The notes under the pieces are model-generated. The model was not told the origin of the DNA. It did no database searches and was given only the letters and a program-made list of their open reading frames with translations. A stretch of DNA of 26,737 nt from Verrucomicrobiota bacterium. Its GTDB lineage: Bacteria; Verrucomicrobiota; Verrucomicrobiia; Limisphaerales; SXQI01. The stretch's first letter is position 1, and the number at the start of each line of letters is the position of its first letter. The translations under genes and the position numbers were made by a program. The stretch lies in contig JANRLX010000121.1 of NCBI GenBank assembly GCA_033762115.1, forward strand, positions 1 to 26,737, given 5' to 3'. Shown piece by piece: positions 25,804-26,737 of this stretch.

Positions 25804-26415
25804 TTATTTCAGCATTGCGCGTTGTTCCGCCGACAAATCCTGCTCGGTGCCCAACCGTGAAAGATGCAAGGCCCGAAGATAATGAATGATCGCCCAACGG
25901 TCTTCCACTTCCACATTCGGGCCATATGGACCCATGAGGTTTCGTCCATGGGTAATCACATGGAACAATTCTCCGTCCGGCATTGTGACAATCCGCTTGT
26001 CATGCAGATTTGCCACCACTGCCATTCCAAACTTCTTCGTGATTCCGTTGCCATCGCCAACGGCTCCATGACAAACCGCACAGGTAATCTGGTACCGTTC
26101 GCGTCCCCTCGCCATGACCTGTTCATTGAGAGCCACCGGATTCAACGCCACAAAATTCGTCGTCCCCGGTTCAAACCCGGTATTTAAGGCGCTCATCTCA
26201 TATCGAGCCCCGCGCGACACTGTTCCCTCTACTGGCAATCGCGATGCACGCCCATCAGCAAAGAAAGAGCTGGGAGTCTGCGGACGGATTTTTGGTTGGC
26301 GGTCCATGTCAGGAAAGACTTCAATTGGCGGTTTACGTGAGATGCTGCCACGAAGACCAGCCACACTGACAACCAGCGCAATCAACAAAGCAAAGCCTAG
26401 AAGAAAATATCGCAT
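25804..26415 (-). CDS. actE: Alternative complex III cytochrome c subunit ActE
   Basis: PDMDRQPK, FFADGRASRLPVEGTVSRG, CAVCH, DGELFHVITHG..MGPY and DRWAIIHYLRAL. Confidence 0.88.
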   Translation of the reverse strand: MRYFLLGFALLIALVVSVAGLRGSISRKPPIEVFPDMDRQPKIRPQTPSSFFADGRASRLPVEGTVSRGARYEMSALNTGFEPGTTNFVALNPVALNEQVMARGRERYQITCAVCHGAVGDGNGITKKFGMAVVANLHDKRIVTMPDGELFHVITHGRNLMGPYGPNVEVEDRWAIIHYLRALHLSRLGTEQDLSAEQRAMLK

Positions 26416-26418
26416 AAT

Positions 26419-26736
26419 TTACTCCTCGACCGCTTCAATGTTTTTGCTCCCGAGACTTTCCAGTAATTTACGGGTTTCAATGGGAGAAAATTTTGGATCC
26501 CTTGCTTCCACCGCAATGAAAAATTTATCGTGTGTCACCTGTGCAAATCGACGGGTTTTGAACAATGGATTGTACCATTTTGGCAGCTGATTCAGAAAAA
26601 ACATTCCAAACAAAGTGCCAAACGAAGCCAGCAAAATCGTCAGCTCGTAAGATACAGGAAACGCAAACAAAGGGCTGAACAACGGTTTTCCACCCACGAT
26701 CAGCGGATAATCATACTTGTTCATGTACCAGATCAT
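26419..26736 (-). CDS. actD: Alternative complex III subunit ActD (DUF3341), 5'-partial
   Basis: DYPLIVGGKPLFS..AFPVSYELTILLA and THDKFFIAVEARDP; start lies beyond the right edge. Confidence 0.88.
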   Translation of the reverse strand: MIWYMNKYDYPLIVGGKPLFSPLFAFPVSYELTILLASFGTLFGMFFLNQLPKWYNPLFKTRRFAQVTHDKFFIAVEARDPKFSPIETRKLLESLGSKNIEAVEE

Positions 26737-26737
26737 C

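Overview
Bacterial chromosomal window, most likely Verrucomicrobiota (inferred from a PEP-CTERM protein, an H-X9-DG pilin-like protein and the alternative complex III [ACIII] gene types). Left to right: a 3'-truncated secreted hypothetical missed by the ORF track (1..1395, -); aroC; a minus-strand lexA-aroE-pilD run with a CTG-N10-CAG SOS box abutting the lexA start; two divergent Arg/Tyr-rich disordered proteins; a GT4-FkbM-FkbM-GT4-GH31 glycan cluster; a cheW-MCP pair behind a sigma28-type promoter; tRNA-fMet; a cobalamin riboswitch with a leader terminator controlling a coupled three-gene operon (PEP-CTERM protein, secreted protein, pilin-like protein); a secreted protein/ECF sigma/zinc anti-sigma module; and the 3' end of an ACIII operon (actD-actE-actF-actG-like) continuing into ccoN-like, ccoO and cytochrome c genes. 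Best candidates for new biology: (1) the CcoN-like subunit lacks all six His metal ligands and the cross-link Tyr yet has an intact frame in the ACIII operon; (2) the B12-riboswitch operon encodes surface and pilin-like proteins but no TonB receptor or ABC transporter; (3) the Arg/Tyr-rich disordered protein pair opposite lexA. All assignments come from reading motifs by eye; no searches were run.
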